From the IMG/VR virus record IMGVR_UViG_3300033135_000167, positions 1 through 39,476 of that record: a stretch of DNA of 39,476 nt; one strand, written 5' to 3'. The notes under the pieces are model-generated. The model saw nothing but the letters and a program-made list of their open reading frames with translations. It was not told where the DNA came from and did not search any database. Source of the stretch: a virus (taxonomy: Duplodnaviria > Caudoviricetes). Below, piece by piece: positions 7,466 to 16,377 of this stretch. Each line of letters begins with the position of its first letter. Position 1 is the first letter of the stretch. The position numbers and the translations under genes were made by a program.

Positions 7466-8220
7466 TGCCAGCGAGAAAAAAGAAGACTTCAACACAGGTA
7501 GGTGCGGGTATGTCTGCTAAACAAATGTCAAGAAGAAAACCATTTAACGCTGAGATGATTGTAGATATAAAACCATTATCTGCCAATCAAACAAAAGCTT
7601 TTGAATCATATAAAAGTGATAAAAATTTATATTTGTTTGGTGTAGCGGGGACAGGTAAAACATTCATCACTTTGTATCTTGCATTAAAAGAGGTATTGAA
7701 TCCTATAACACCTTATAACAGGGTAGTTGTGGTCAGATCAATGGTCTCGACAAGAGAGATAGGTTATTTACCAGGTGATCATGAAGATAAATCATCCTTG
7801 TATCAGATACCTTACAAGAACATGGTTAAATACATGTTTGAGTTACCATCTGACAATGACTTTGAAATGTTATGGGGTAATTTGAAGACGCAAGAGTCAG
7901 TGAAATTTTGGACGACAAGTTTTATTAGGGGAACAACACTTGATGATTGTATTGTGATCGTAGATGAGTCACAAAACTTGAATTTTCATGAGTTAGATAG
8001 TATAATAACAAGAGTAGGTGAGAACTGTAAGATACATTTTTGCGGTGATGCTGCCCAAACTGATCTCACAAAGACAAATGAAAAGAACGGCATCTTAGAC
8101 TTCATGAAGATAATTGGTGCAATGCCTGAATTTGATTTAATTGAATTTGGTATTGAGGATATTGTCAGATCAGGTCTTATTAAAAGTTATTTACTTAATA
8201 AAATAGAACTAGGTTTTTAA
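7465..8220 (+). CDS. phoH: PhoH-like ATPase
   Basis: GVAGTGKT Walker A, GYLPG, FIRGTT, DESQN, GDAAQTD, DIVRSG. Confidence 0.97.
   Translation: MPARKKKTSTQVGAGMSAKQMSRRKPFNAEMIVDIKPLSANQTKAFESYKSDKNLYLFGVAGTGKTFITLYLALKEVLNPITPYNRVVVVRSMVSTREIGYLPGDHEDKSSLYQIPYKNMVKYMFELPSDNDFEMLWGNLKTQESVKFWTTSFIRGTTLDDCIVIVDESQNLNFHELDSIITRVGENCKIHFCGDAAQTDLTKTNEKNGILDFMKIIGAMPEFDLIEFGIEDIVRSGLIKSYLLNKIELGF
7978..8006 (+). promoter_or_regulatory. Sigma70-like promoter internal to phoH
   Basis: TTGAAT-N17-TATAAT. Confidence 0.5.
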
Positions 8221-8879
8221 TGTTCATTCATAAAGAGGTTGATCTTCCTTCTTTAAGTAGGAAATCAATTGATGGTGTGAGGTACTACACAGTCAATAAT
8301 AAACCGATGGTGTCGATCACGTCGGTGACTTCTCACTTCAACAAAGAAATTTTTGTGGAGTGGAGAAAAAAAGTAGGAGATGATGAGGCAAACAGAATCA
8401 CTAAACGGGCAACGACAAGAGGCACTGCTGTTCATGAATTAATTGAATCTCATCTGCTTAATAAAGACGTTAAGTATGATAAACCTGGACCTAAAATGTT
8501 GTTTCAACAATCGAAACCAAAATTAAAAAATATAAATAATATATACGCACTCGAAAAAAGTCTGTATAGCAATGAACTAGGAGTTGCTGGTACAGTTGAT
8601 TGTATTGCAGAATATGATGGAGAGTTATCAATAATTGATTTCAAAACTGCTGCAAAACCTAAACCTAGAGAATGGATAGAAAACTATTTTGTACAAGCAG
8701 TGGCGTATGCTTGTATGTTTTATGAGTTAACAAATATACCTGTAAAAAAACTTGTTATTTTCATGACTTGTGAGAATGGAGAGGTAGAAATATATGAAGA
8801 ATATGATAAAATGAAGTATATGAAACTTCTCGTTCAATACATCGAAAAGTTCGTGGAGGACAAACTTAATGCCCGCTAA
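8220..8879 (+). CDS. PD-(D/E)XK exonuclease (Cas4-like phage exonuclease)
   Basis: RGTAVH, GTVDC, IDFKT, Q..AYA motifs. Confidence 0.9.
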   Translation: MFIHKEVDLPSLSRKSIDGVRYYTVNNKPMVSITSVTSHFNKEIFVEWRKKVGDDEANRITKRATTRGTAVHELIESHLLNKDVKYDKPGPKMLFQQSKPKLKNINNIYALEKSLYSNELGVAGTVDCIAEYDGELSIIDFKTAAKPKPREWIENYFVQAVAYACMFYELTNIPVKKLVIFMTCENGEVEIYEEYDKMKYMKLLVQYIEKFVEDKLNAR

Positions 8880-9138
8880 AACAAAGGTACAAATTAAGGA
8901 ATCCCTCAAAGGAAAATTTTTATGTCAGGACAAATTCTCTAATGATATTGAACTCCTTGTTAAAGAAAACAAGGATATGAATTACATAGAAGCAATCTGT
9001 CACTATTGTGAATCAAATAATGTTGAAATTGAGTCGGTTAGTAAATTAATTACCAAACCTTTGAAGGAAAAACTTAAGTGGAATGCCACAGAATTAAATT
9101 ACCTTAAGAGAACTTCTAAAGCAAAGTTTATGATATGA
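8869..9138 (+). CDS. gp33: Late transcription coactivator gp33
   Basis: YIEAICHYCE..KPLKEKL..A..LNYLK; synteny with gp59 and gp32. Confidence 0.88.
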   Translation: MPAKTKVQIKESLKGKFLCQDKFSNDIELLVKENKDMNYIEAICHYCESNNVEIESVSKLITKPLKEKLKWNATELNYLKRTSKAKFMI

Positions 9139-10295
9139 GTTGCAAAGTTTTTTGCACATATCCATGGAAACAACTCTTTAGTGATTCTTATGGTGTCTAT
9201 ATGCCTTGTTGTATGGCAACTGTGAATCATCCCCACAATGGATGCTGGCACGGTGCCAAATCAGATTTTCCTGCACCAAAAGTCAGCGAAGTTTCACCGT
9301 CTGAATTTTTTTATTCTGATTATATGAAACAGTTGAGATCTGACATGAGAGGAGGTAAGACAACTCCTCTTATTGAAGAGGTTTGTGCAAATTGTATTAA
9401 TGAAGAAAAAGAAGGTAGAAAAGGTTTAAGAGATCCTCTATGGTATGAACCACTAGGTAGAGTCATAGAAGTTAAATTAAGACTATTTGGTAATGCATGT
9501 AATTTGTCATGCTACATGTGTAGGATAAAAGACTCAAGTTCAAGAATAAAACAGACTGAAAAATTAATTGAAATAGATCCTGAGTTTGGTGAGATGCTAG
9601 AGTATGATAAGTTGACAGATGAAATGAAACATGGTGGTGTCAATTACAATGTCATAGAGGATATAAAAAAAATAGCACCAAGAATAAAAAAAATATACAT
9701 CATAGGCGGTGAACCATTTATCATGCCTAAACATTACGAAGTTTTAGATGCTCTAATCGAAATAGGTCAGGCAAAAAATATTATATTAAAGTATCATACA
9801 AATCTCACAAAATTAGAGTGGGAGGGAAATCATATTTTCGATTACATAAAAAGATTCAAGGGTTGTGATATCAATTGGTCATTAGAAGGATTAGGAGAGC
9901 AGAATGATTACATAAGGTTTGGATCAAACTGGGAATCAAACTTACAGAATTATTATAAGATAAAGAAACATGCTAAAGTTTGGGGAAACGTATGTGCCTC
10001 ATCTTTATCAATTTTGTCTCTTCATGAGACTGAAAAATGGATGAAAAGTGAGGGTCTTGATTACTCAATTAATAATATTCAAGAACCTAGACCATGTAGG
10101 ATTGATTCACTTCATCCTAAAATAAGAGAACAACTTCTACCCCTTTACAGGAATACTAAATTAGAGAGTTCTTTATCTGCAAATATAGAAAATTGGGAAG
10201 ATAGATGGGCGGAATTGTTAAGGTATCTCAAGGCATTAGACGAAATAAATAACACAGACTACACTAAAGTTTTTCCTTTATTGAACGTAGAATGA
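9135..10295 (+). CDS. Radical SAM protein with N-terminal Cys-rich (twitch/SPASM-like) region
   Basis: C..PW, PCC, CANC, then CNLSCYMC, GGEP, TN, YIR.GSNW. Confidence 0.9.
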   Translation: MSCKVFCTYPWKQLFSDSYGVYMPCCMATVNHPHNGCWHGAKSDFPAPKVSEVSPSEFFYSDYMKQLRSDMRGGKTTPLIEEVCANCINEEKEGRKGLRDPLWYEPLGRVIEVKLRLFGNACNLSCYMCRIKDSSSRIKQTEKLIEIDPEFGEMLEYDKLTDEMKHGGVNYNVIEDIKKIAPRIKKIYIIGGEPFIMPKHYEVLDALIEIGQAKNIILKYHTNLTKLEWEGNHIFDYIKRFKGCDINWSLEGLGEQNDYIRFGSNWESNLQNYYKIKKHAKVWGNVCASSLSILSLHETEKWMKSEGLDYSINNIQEPRPCRIDSLHPKIREQLLPLYRNTKLESSLSANIENWEDRWAELLRYLKALDEINNTDYTKVFPLLNVE

Positions 10296-10296
10296 T

Positions 10297-11319
10297 ATGC
10301 CTAGATTATCACCAGAAAAATTTTACGAAACATTAAATAATTTATCTGGAACGGATAATTTTAATCTTCAACAACCAAAGAAAAGAAATTCTCCTTTAAA
10401 AAAATATAATGGATTATATAAAAAAAAATCTGTTTCTCCACAACCAGATAATTTATATCAATTATATTTGGAGAAACCTACAATCAGGGTTTTAAATATA
10501 CATGCACATAATGGATGTAATTTAGCATGCAAGGGGTGTAACCATAATAGTCCTTTTCTTGCACCAGGTAGTTCACTGAATGTTGATATGATGATTGAAG
10601 ATATAGAGACAATATTACCAAGAATAAATGTATGGTCACATATAAGTGTGTTAGGAGGTGAAGCACTTCTTGAACCAAGATGTGAAGAAATATTGACTGC
10701 CGTAGAAAAAAATTATGATGGTCGAATAAAATTATATTCTAATGCAACATTATTGTATGAAAATAGAGAGTGGATAGTAAAACATATGAATAAAGATGTG
10801 AAACTATATGTGACCCTTCATCTTAATCCTCTATCAAAATCAGGAAAAATACTTTATAAGAACGTAGAAAAATTTATTGAATATGCAAAGGATAAAACTG
10901 AATTAGAAGATCATTTACATTTGAGTGAACCTTGGGATGAATCATGGTTTGACATTGTAAAACATGAGGGAGATAAAATTTATCCATACAATGACAATAA
11001 TATTGATCAAAGTTGGAATAATTGCACTTGTCCTAATCCACAATTATATTCTGGGATGATATGGAAATGCCCTATAATTGCATATTTAAGAGAAACAATT
11101 TCATCCACAGGACAACTTGATGATCCTGCATGGAAACCTTATTTACAGTATCTTGGCACTCCAGTTGATGCACCAATAGAGGATTTATTTGAGATGGCGG
11201 ATCAAACACTTACGCCACATAAGATGTGTAATATGTGTCCATCAAATCCTAAATGGCATTTTGCACATATTCAATTAAAAGGTGTTAAAAATAAGGTAGG
11301 ACAATTTCTACATACTTAA
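10297..11319 (+). CDS. Radical SAM protein, paralog of 3679-4473
   Basis: CNLACKGCNH, GGEALLEPRCEEIL, CTCPNPQLY, WKCP, CNMC. Confidence 0.9.
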   Translation: MPRLSPEKFYETLNNLSGTDNFNLQQPKKRNSPLKKYNGLYKKKSVSPQPDNLYQLYLEKPTIRVLNIHAHNGCNLACKGCNHNSPFLAPGSSLNVDMMIEDIETILPRINVWSHISVLGGEALLEPRCEEILTAVEKNYDGRIKLYSNATLLYENREWIVKHMNKDVKLYVTLHLNPLSKSGKILYKNVEKFIEYAKDKTELEDHLHLSEPWDESWFDIVKHEGDKIYPYNDNNIDQSWNNCTCPNPQLYSGMIWKCPIIAYLRETISSTGQLDDPAWKPYLQYLGTPVDAPIEDLFEMADQTLTPHKMCNMCPSNPKWHFAHIQLKGVKNKVGQFLHT

Positions 11320-11375
11320 GAATCTATGGACTCAATGTCAAGTGATACATAGATATGAATATGAAATAAATCATC

Positions 11376-12158
11376 ATGGAAATTAAAGGTATAAATTTAA
11401 TTGATTATAAATTGCCTGATTGTATTGTTTGCCTTAAATTAGGTGATAGATATAGTTCAGAATATGTAAACAATTTATATAAATCGGTGAGAAAGTATTG
11501 TGATATGGATTTTTTGTGTTACACAGATGATTGGGAAGGTATTGATGATGATGTTTTAATAGTGCCTTTTAAAGGAAGGATTCCAAAAGAAGAATGGACT
11601 ACACCAGAAAATCTTTTACATAAAGAAACCTCGCTAGGATGGTGGCCAGCATGGGCCAAATTAGAATTATTTGCTGCTGACGAATTAAAAAATTATAATA
11701 GAAAAATATTTTTCGATTTAGATATTGTAATTCAAAATGACATCACACCTATCCTTGAATATGAAACTGATTGGGCAATAATAGATTCATCATATTGGAA
11801 GGGAGAAAACTGGATAAAAGATCATCCAAAGGGTAAGGCATGGAATAGTAGTTGTATTATTTTTAAAGATAATGAATGGATTTATGATAGATATCAAAAA
11901 AATTGGGAGAATTTTGTAAAGGAATATGCTGGCATCGATGATTTTTTCTACGGAGAACATTTTAAACCAGATTTATTACCACCATGGTTCTATTCATATG
12001 CAAAAGGTTCAAAACCAGAACATTATTATGAGTCAATTTCAAAAAAGAAACCGTATAACAAATATCAATCTGATTTTTTAATTTGTTTATTTCATCAAAA
12101 ACCTGACATTCACGAACTTGATTCTTCAAACATACTTTATAAATTGTGGACTGCGTAA
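11376..12158 (+). CDS. GT-A fold glycosyltransferase-like protein
   Basis: CLKLG..YS.EYVN, CYTDD, WAKLELF, FFDLDIV (DxD), NSS, FH.KP. Confidence 0.75.
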   Translation: MEIKGINLIDYKLPDCIVCLKLGDRYSSEYVNNLYKSVRKYCDMDFLCYTDDWEGIDDDVLIVPFKGRIPKEEWTTPENLLHKETSLGWWPAWAKLELFAADELKNYNRKIFFDLDIVIQNDITPILEYETDWAIIDSSYWKGENWIKDHPKGKAWNSSCIIFKDNEWIYDRYQKNWENFVKEYAGIDDFFYGEHFKPDLLPPWFYSYAKGSKPEHYYESISKKKPYNKYQSDFLICLFHQKPDIHELDSSNILYKLWTA

Positions 12159-12844
12159 CCTGTTTAAAAATAGGAAATTTATACTCAGCAGAATATGTAA
12201 ATAATTTACATAAATCAATTAGAAAATATTCTGATATTGATTTTATATGTTTTACTGATGATTCGGAGGGTATCGATAATGATGTAATAACTTATGACAT
12301 AGAATCACATTGGGATGTTGAGGGGTGGTGGCCAGCGTGGAGTAAGCTAGAAATGTATGGAAGAAATGAATTAGAAAAATATGATAAAAAAATATTTTTT
12401 GATTTAGATATTGTAATTCAAAATGACATCACACCTATCCTTGAGTACGAAACTGATTGGGCAATCATAGATACTTCATTATGGAAGGGGCAAAAATTTA
12501 AAAAAGAACACCCAGAACAAGCAACATGGAATAGCAGTTGTACAATTTATAAAGATTTGACAGATGTTTACGTTAGTTATATTGTCGATTGGGATTATCA
12601 TGTTAAAATGTATAGAGGATGTGATAATTTTTTGTGGGTTAATGGGTTTAAACCTGATTACCTTCCAAGTTGGTTCTATTCATATCGTGAGGGATGGCAT
12701 CCATCTCATTACTGGGAAAACCAATGGACACCACAATTTAAATACAATCCAGATTTTTTAATTTGTTTATTTCATCAAAAACCTGATGTACACGAACTTG
12801 AATCGAGCAACATACTCAAGAAAATCTGGAATGACTCCGTTTGA
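12146..12844 (+). CDS. GT-A fold glycosyltransferase-like protein, tandem paralog
   Basis: Same motifs as the upstream gene, with long identical peptide blocks; GTG start. Confidence 0.75.
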   Translation: MDCVTCLKIGNLYSAEYVNNLHKSIRKYSDIDFICFTDDSEGIDNDVITYDIESHWDVEGWWPAWSKLEMYGRNELEKYDKKIFFDLDIVIQNDITPILEYETDWAIIDTSLWKGQKFKKEHPEQATWNSSCTIYKDLTDVYVSYIVDWDYHVKMYRGCDNFLWVNGFKPDYLPSWFYSYREGWHPSHYWENQWTPQFKYNPDFLICLFHQKPDVHELESSNILKKIWNDSV

Positions 12845-13409
12845 TACTTATAAACAATATCTTGCATATAAAAATCATTTTACAAAAAATAAATATGATT
12901 ACTTTCGATATGCGGGAAAATCAAAAGCGAAATTAGAATCATTTTATAAAAGAAAGGATAGATATTTCTTTGAAAAAACATCAAGAAAATATAAAGATCA
13001 GGAAATAAAAAATTTTTTTCTTGCTAATTTTACATCTACTGACAATCCACAAGGCATGTGGATTGGTGAAATTATAGGTTCAGGTGAGAAAACATACAAA
13101 TTATGGCAAAAAAGACAGCAAAGTCTGTTTTATATTTTTAAAAATAATATTGAATTGATAGAAGATATTAATTTGTTTTTAGATGCATCAAAAGGTCATT
13201 CACCTTTACTTAAATTTCATTTGGCAGGAAAAATAAGTGTTGAAGAAATGGTTATATATGAGAAAATATTTGGATATTGTAAAAATTATGATAAACAATT
13301 AAATGATCCAGTATGGAAAATTATAGGTTTAAAGGTTAAAAAGTATTTACCATTCATGGATATAGATATTCAGAAATATAAAAAATATTTAATTGAAAAT
13401 GTAAGATAA
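12831..13409 (+). CDS. gp59: Helicase loader gp59
   Basis: MTPFDTYKQYLAYKNHF..YDYF..F.KRKDRYFF; start moved to ATG 12831. Confidence 0.9.
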   Translation: MTPFDTYKQYLAYKNHFTKNKYDYFRYAGKSKAKLESFYKRKDRYFFEKTSRKYKDQEIKNFFLANFTSTDNPQGMWIGEIIGSGEKTYKLWQKRQQSLFYIFKNNIELIEDINLFLDASKGHSPLLKFHLAGKISVEEMVIYEKIFGYCKNYDKQLNDPVWKIIGLKVKKYLPFMDIDIQKYKKYLIENVR

Positions 13410-13412
13410 AAT

Positions 13413-14039
13413 ATGATTAGAACTTTGTTTGTACATATCCCTAAAAATGCAGGGACTTCAATATATAACTGTTTAAAAGATTCTGATAAGCATAACATTC
13501 CTAAGTGGTCTCGTGATGCATATCTTCCTCATTCTTATCTATTATCAAGAGCAAAACTTTATGAATTTAAACCAGAAATTCAATTTTGCGTGGTGAGAAA
13601 TCCTTATGATCGATTTATATCAATTTACCATCATGTTCAGAAAAGAATGCTCGGATTTTGTAAAAAACTTAAACGTCGTATGCTGAAGTATCCACATGAA
13701 ATAGAAAGATTAGTTTCTTCTTTTCCTAGTGTTAATTTTTTAGCAACTGCATCATTTGATGACTTTGTTCGGAAAACTTTATGTGAGTTTGATACTAAAG
13801 AAATTGTTCATAATTATCATCACTTCATGTCACAGTCTTCTTACATCGACAGAGCAGATATAGAAATCTTTCGATTTGAGGATCTTACTCTTCTTGAAAA
13901 ACGATTAAGTATTAAAATTCCTTATTTAAATGTCGGTGGATATGATCATGATATAAAAGATTTGTATTATAAAGACAAAAAAACAAAAAAAATTATTGAG
14001 GTTTTTTATGAAAAAGATTTTGAAAATTTTAAATATTAA
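13413..14039 (+). CDS. Sulfotransferase family 2 protein
   Basis: FVHIPKNAGTS (5'-PSB), VRNPYDRFIS (3'-PB), YEKDF. Confidence 0.88.
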   Translation: MIRTLFVHIPKNAGTSIYNCLKDSDKHNIPKWSRDAYLPHSYLLSRAKLYEFKPEIQFCVVRNPYDRFISIYHHVQKRMLGFCKKLKRRMLKYPHEIERLVSSFPSVNFLATASFDDFVRKTLCEFDTKEIVHNYHHFMSQSSYIDRADIEIFRFEDLTLLEKRLSIKIPYLNVGGYDHDIKDLYYKDKKTKKIIEVFYEKDFENFKY

Positions 14040-14048
14040 TTCCTTAAC

Positions 14049-14618
14049 ATGAAAATATATTTTAATGGTTGTTCATGGACATGGGGGGCTAAACTATCAA
14101 AAGAGAAAAAAATTCATATCGACGGGAAGGTTTTTCACCCAGATAGATTTAGCACAAAGGTTTGTGAGTATTTTAATGCGGAGGAAGTAAATGATTCAAT
14201 GTGTGGTGTTAGTAATCACTACATTGTCAGAACGAGTTTAAAAAGAAATCCTGATGATTATGATTTAGCAATAATACAATTAACAGTTAAGAGTAGGAAT
14301 GAATATCATGATGGTTGCACATGGAAGCAATTAACTACAAGGAATAATCCAAAATATTATGATTTTTATAGTGATGAAATGGGTTGGCATGATGAATACA
14401 TATCTCATAAACTTTTATCACAACATTTTAATAAATGTATTTTTCTTTCAATTGAAAGACAAACAAAAGTAAAAGTTGATTTACAATTAAGGTCAGATAA
14501 AAAACCTAGAAACAATTATTCAAGGTTTGAAAATAATTCTCATCCAAATGAGGAGGGGCATATTCAAATTGCTTCGGATATAATTAAAATAATAAATGAA
14601 AAAAAAATATTTATTTAG
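14049..14618 (+). CDS. SGNH/GDSL-like protein, paralog of 6571-7206
   Basis: FNGCSWTWG, GVSN, AIIQLT..SR.EY, HPNEEGH. Confidence 0.7.
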   Translation: MKIYFNGCSWTWGAKLSKEKKIHIDGKVFHPDRFSTKVCEYFNAEEVNDSMCGVSNHYIVRTSLKRNPDDYDLAIIQLTVKSRNEYHDGCTWKQLTTRNNPKYYDFYSDEMGWHDEYISHKLLSQHFNKCIFLSIERQTKVKVDLQLRSDKKPRNNYSRFENNSHPNEEGHIQIASDIIKIINEKKIFI

Positions 14619-14640
14619 TAATAGACAGGGTTTTCAGTAG

Positions 14641-14669
14641 TTGACATCGTATAAATAGTTGTTTATAAT
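14641..14669 (+). promoter_or_regulatory. Composite promoter: consensus sigma70 with a nested T4 late promoter
   Basis: TTGACA-N17-TATAAT with TATAAATA at 14650-14657 in the spacer. Confidence 0.9.
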
Positions 14670-14738
14670 TGCCTTATGATGGGCATGAATCCCTTAATCT
14701 ATTCAATCCGTCGAATCCAACTAATCAAACTAAACTGT

Positions 14739-15629
14739 ATGTCTTTTTCAGATCTTAAAAAACAGTCTCGTCTAGGAAGTTTAACATCAAAACTTACAAA
14801 CGAGATAGAAAAAATGAATCGTACCACACAAGGTGGAAGCGATGAACGTCTATGGAAATTAGATGTAGATAAAGCAGGAAATGGATACGCTGTAATCCGT
14901 TTTCTACCAGCACCAGAGGGAGAAGAACTTCCTTGGGCAAAACTTTATAGTCATGCCTTCCAAGGTCCTGGTGGTTGGTATATTGAAAACAGTCTTACTA
15001 CTTTAGGTCAGAAAGACCCTGTTTCAGAACACAATCGTGTCTTATGGAATAGCGGTGCTGATTCTGATAAAGAGACAGCAAGAAAGCAAAAACGTAAACT
15101 TACTTACATCAGTAACATTTATGTTGTAAAAGACCCTACCAATCCTGAGAACGAGGGTAAAGTATTCTTATACAAATTTGGTAAAAAAATATTTGATAAG
15201 ATTACTGCTGCAATGCAACCTGAGTTTGAAGATGAAACTGCAATTGATCCATTCGATTTCTGGCAGGGTGCCAACTTTAAACTTAAAGCAAAGAATGTAG
15301 CAGGATACAGAAACTATGATAGTTCTGAATTTGCTGCTCCTTCTCCTTTATTGGAGGATGATGATGCACTTGAAACTTTATGGAAAAAGCAGTATTCACT
15401 AGCAGAATTCACTGAAAAAGATCAATTTAAATCATATGCTGATTTAGAGACTAGACTTAATGCTGTTATTAATCCATCAGCACAACCCACTCGTGTTGAT
15501 GAAGAACTTTCACATGAAGCGTCAGTTACACAGAATGTGGCACCACCTGTTGCAATCGCAAGCGAACCTTCATCGGTAGAGGATAAGGATGATGCTTTGT
15601 CTTACTTTCAAAAGTTAGCGGAAGAGTAA
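14739..15629 (+). CDS. gp32: Single-stranded DNA-binding protein gp32
   Basis: DERLWK..D..GNGYAVIRFLPA, WYIENS, GKKIFDKI, NYD.SEF, acidic C-terminus. Start at MSFSDL. Confidence 0.97.
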   Translation: MSFSDLKKQSRLGSLTSKLTNEIEKMNRTTQGGSDERLWKLDVDKAGNGYAVIRFLPAPEGEELPWAKLYSHAFQGPGGWYIENSLTTLGQKDPVSEHNRVLWNSGADSDKETARKQKRKLTYISNIYVVKDPTNPENEGKVFLYKFGKKIFDKITAAMQPEFEDETAIDPFDFWQGANFKLKAKNVAGYRNYDSSEFAAPSPLLEDDDALETLWKKQYSLAEFTEKDQFKSYADLETRLNAVINPSAQPTRVDEELSHEASVTQNVAPPVAIASEPSSVEDKDDALSYFQKLAEE

Positions 15630-15634
15630 AACCA

Positions 15635-15703
15635 AAATCACTTTTTAATTTCAAAAAATCGGGAAAAAAAATCCCGCAAAAAAATTACTTATAAGGTTTT
15701 TTC
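15635..15703. repeat. Dispersed intergenic element, copy 2, between convergent gp32 and gp53
   Basis: Near-identical to 141-209. Confidence 0.85.
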
Positions 15704-15711
15704 TCCTTATC

Positions 15712-16377
15712 TTAACGTGGAGTTAGGATTCGGAGATTAGACCCTTTTTTAGTGCGTTTATCAATAAACTGAGAACTATCAGTGTATGTCATTATTTCTC
15801 TCATGTCTGATATAATGGTTGAAATGTAATTTGATTTCAATAAAAATATATTTCTTTTATCATCATTTTTTTCTACTTCATATTCATAATTAGTAACCGA
15901 TTTAAGTAAATTAGAACCAGATAAAGTTTTATACTCACCCTCATATGAATATTTTAATGTAAAATTTTCATCAACTTTCAAACCACCTTCCAATAGTAAT
16001 GAACCGTTTGGATCATTTATTTTTAAAGTTTCATAATGATGAATTTCATTTAACAATTCAGTGCCGTACTTATCAATTAAATAATTTTGAAAATCAGATT
16101 GAGTCATCGGCCACTCATCCCTTACATTGATAATATTATTTGATATTAAAACAACCCAATCTAAAAATGGTGAATTATACATTTCATTTGCGATATTATC
16201 TGGACGTGCATCACCTACAATTGTAAATTCATCAAAGGCAAATGGTGTATTCAATATATCATTTCTTATTTTTGCTCTTTTAAATAAATTTTTGACACGA
16301 ACTACATCATTATTAGAATTCCTGCCTTGTGCAAAGGATGGTAATAATAGATCTGAGAAATCGTCGAAATATGCCAT
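15712..16377 (-). CDS. gp53: Baseplate wedge subunit gp53
   Basis: RPDNIA..Y..LDWVVL.SNNI, WP, IHHYET, NYEYE..ND.KR.I. Confidence 0.9.
   Translation of the reverse strand: MAYFDDFSDLLLPSFAQGRNSNNDVVRVKNLFKRAKIRNDILNTPFAFDEFTIVGDARPDNIANEMYNSPFLDWVVLISNNIINVRDEWPMTQSDFQNYLIDKYGTELLNEIHHYETLKINDPNGSLLLEGGLKVDENFTLKYSYEGEYKTLSGSNLLKSVTNYEYEVEKNDDKRNIFLLKSNYISTIISDMREIMTYTDSSQFIDKRTKKGSNLRILTPR

Noticed and set aside
8220-8879. Cas4-like nuclease as a sign of a CRISPR system
   Set aside because: No repeat-spacer array or other cas genes are visible; this is the usual exonuclease next to phoH in T4-like phages.
141-15703. Direct repeats as att sites or ends of a mobile element
   Set aside because: They enclose essential core genes, are imperfect, and no integrase or transposase is present.
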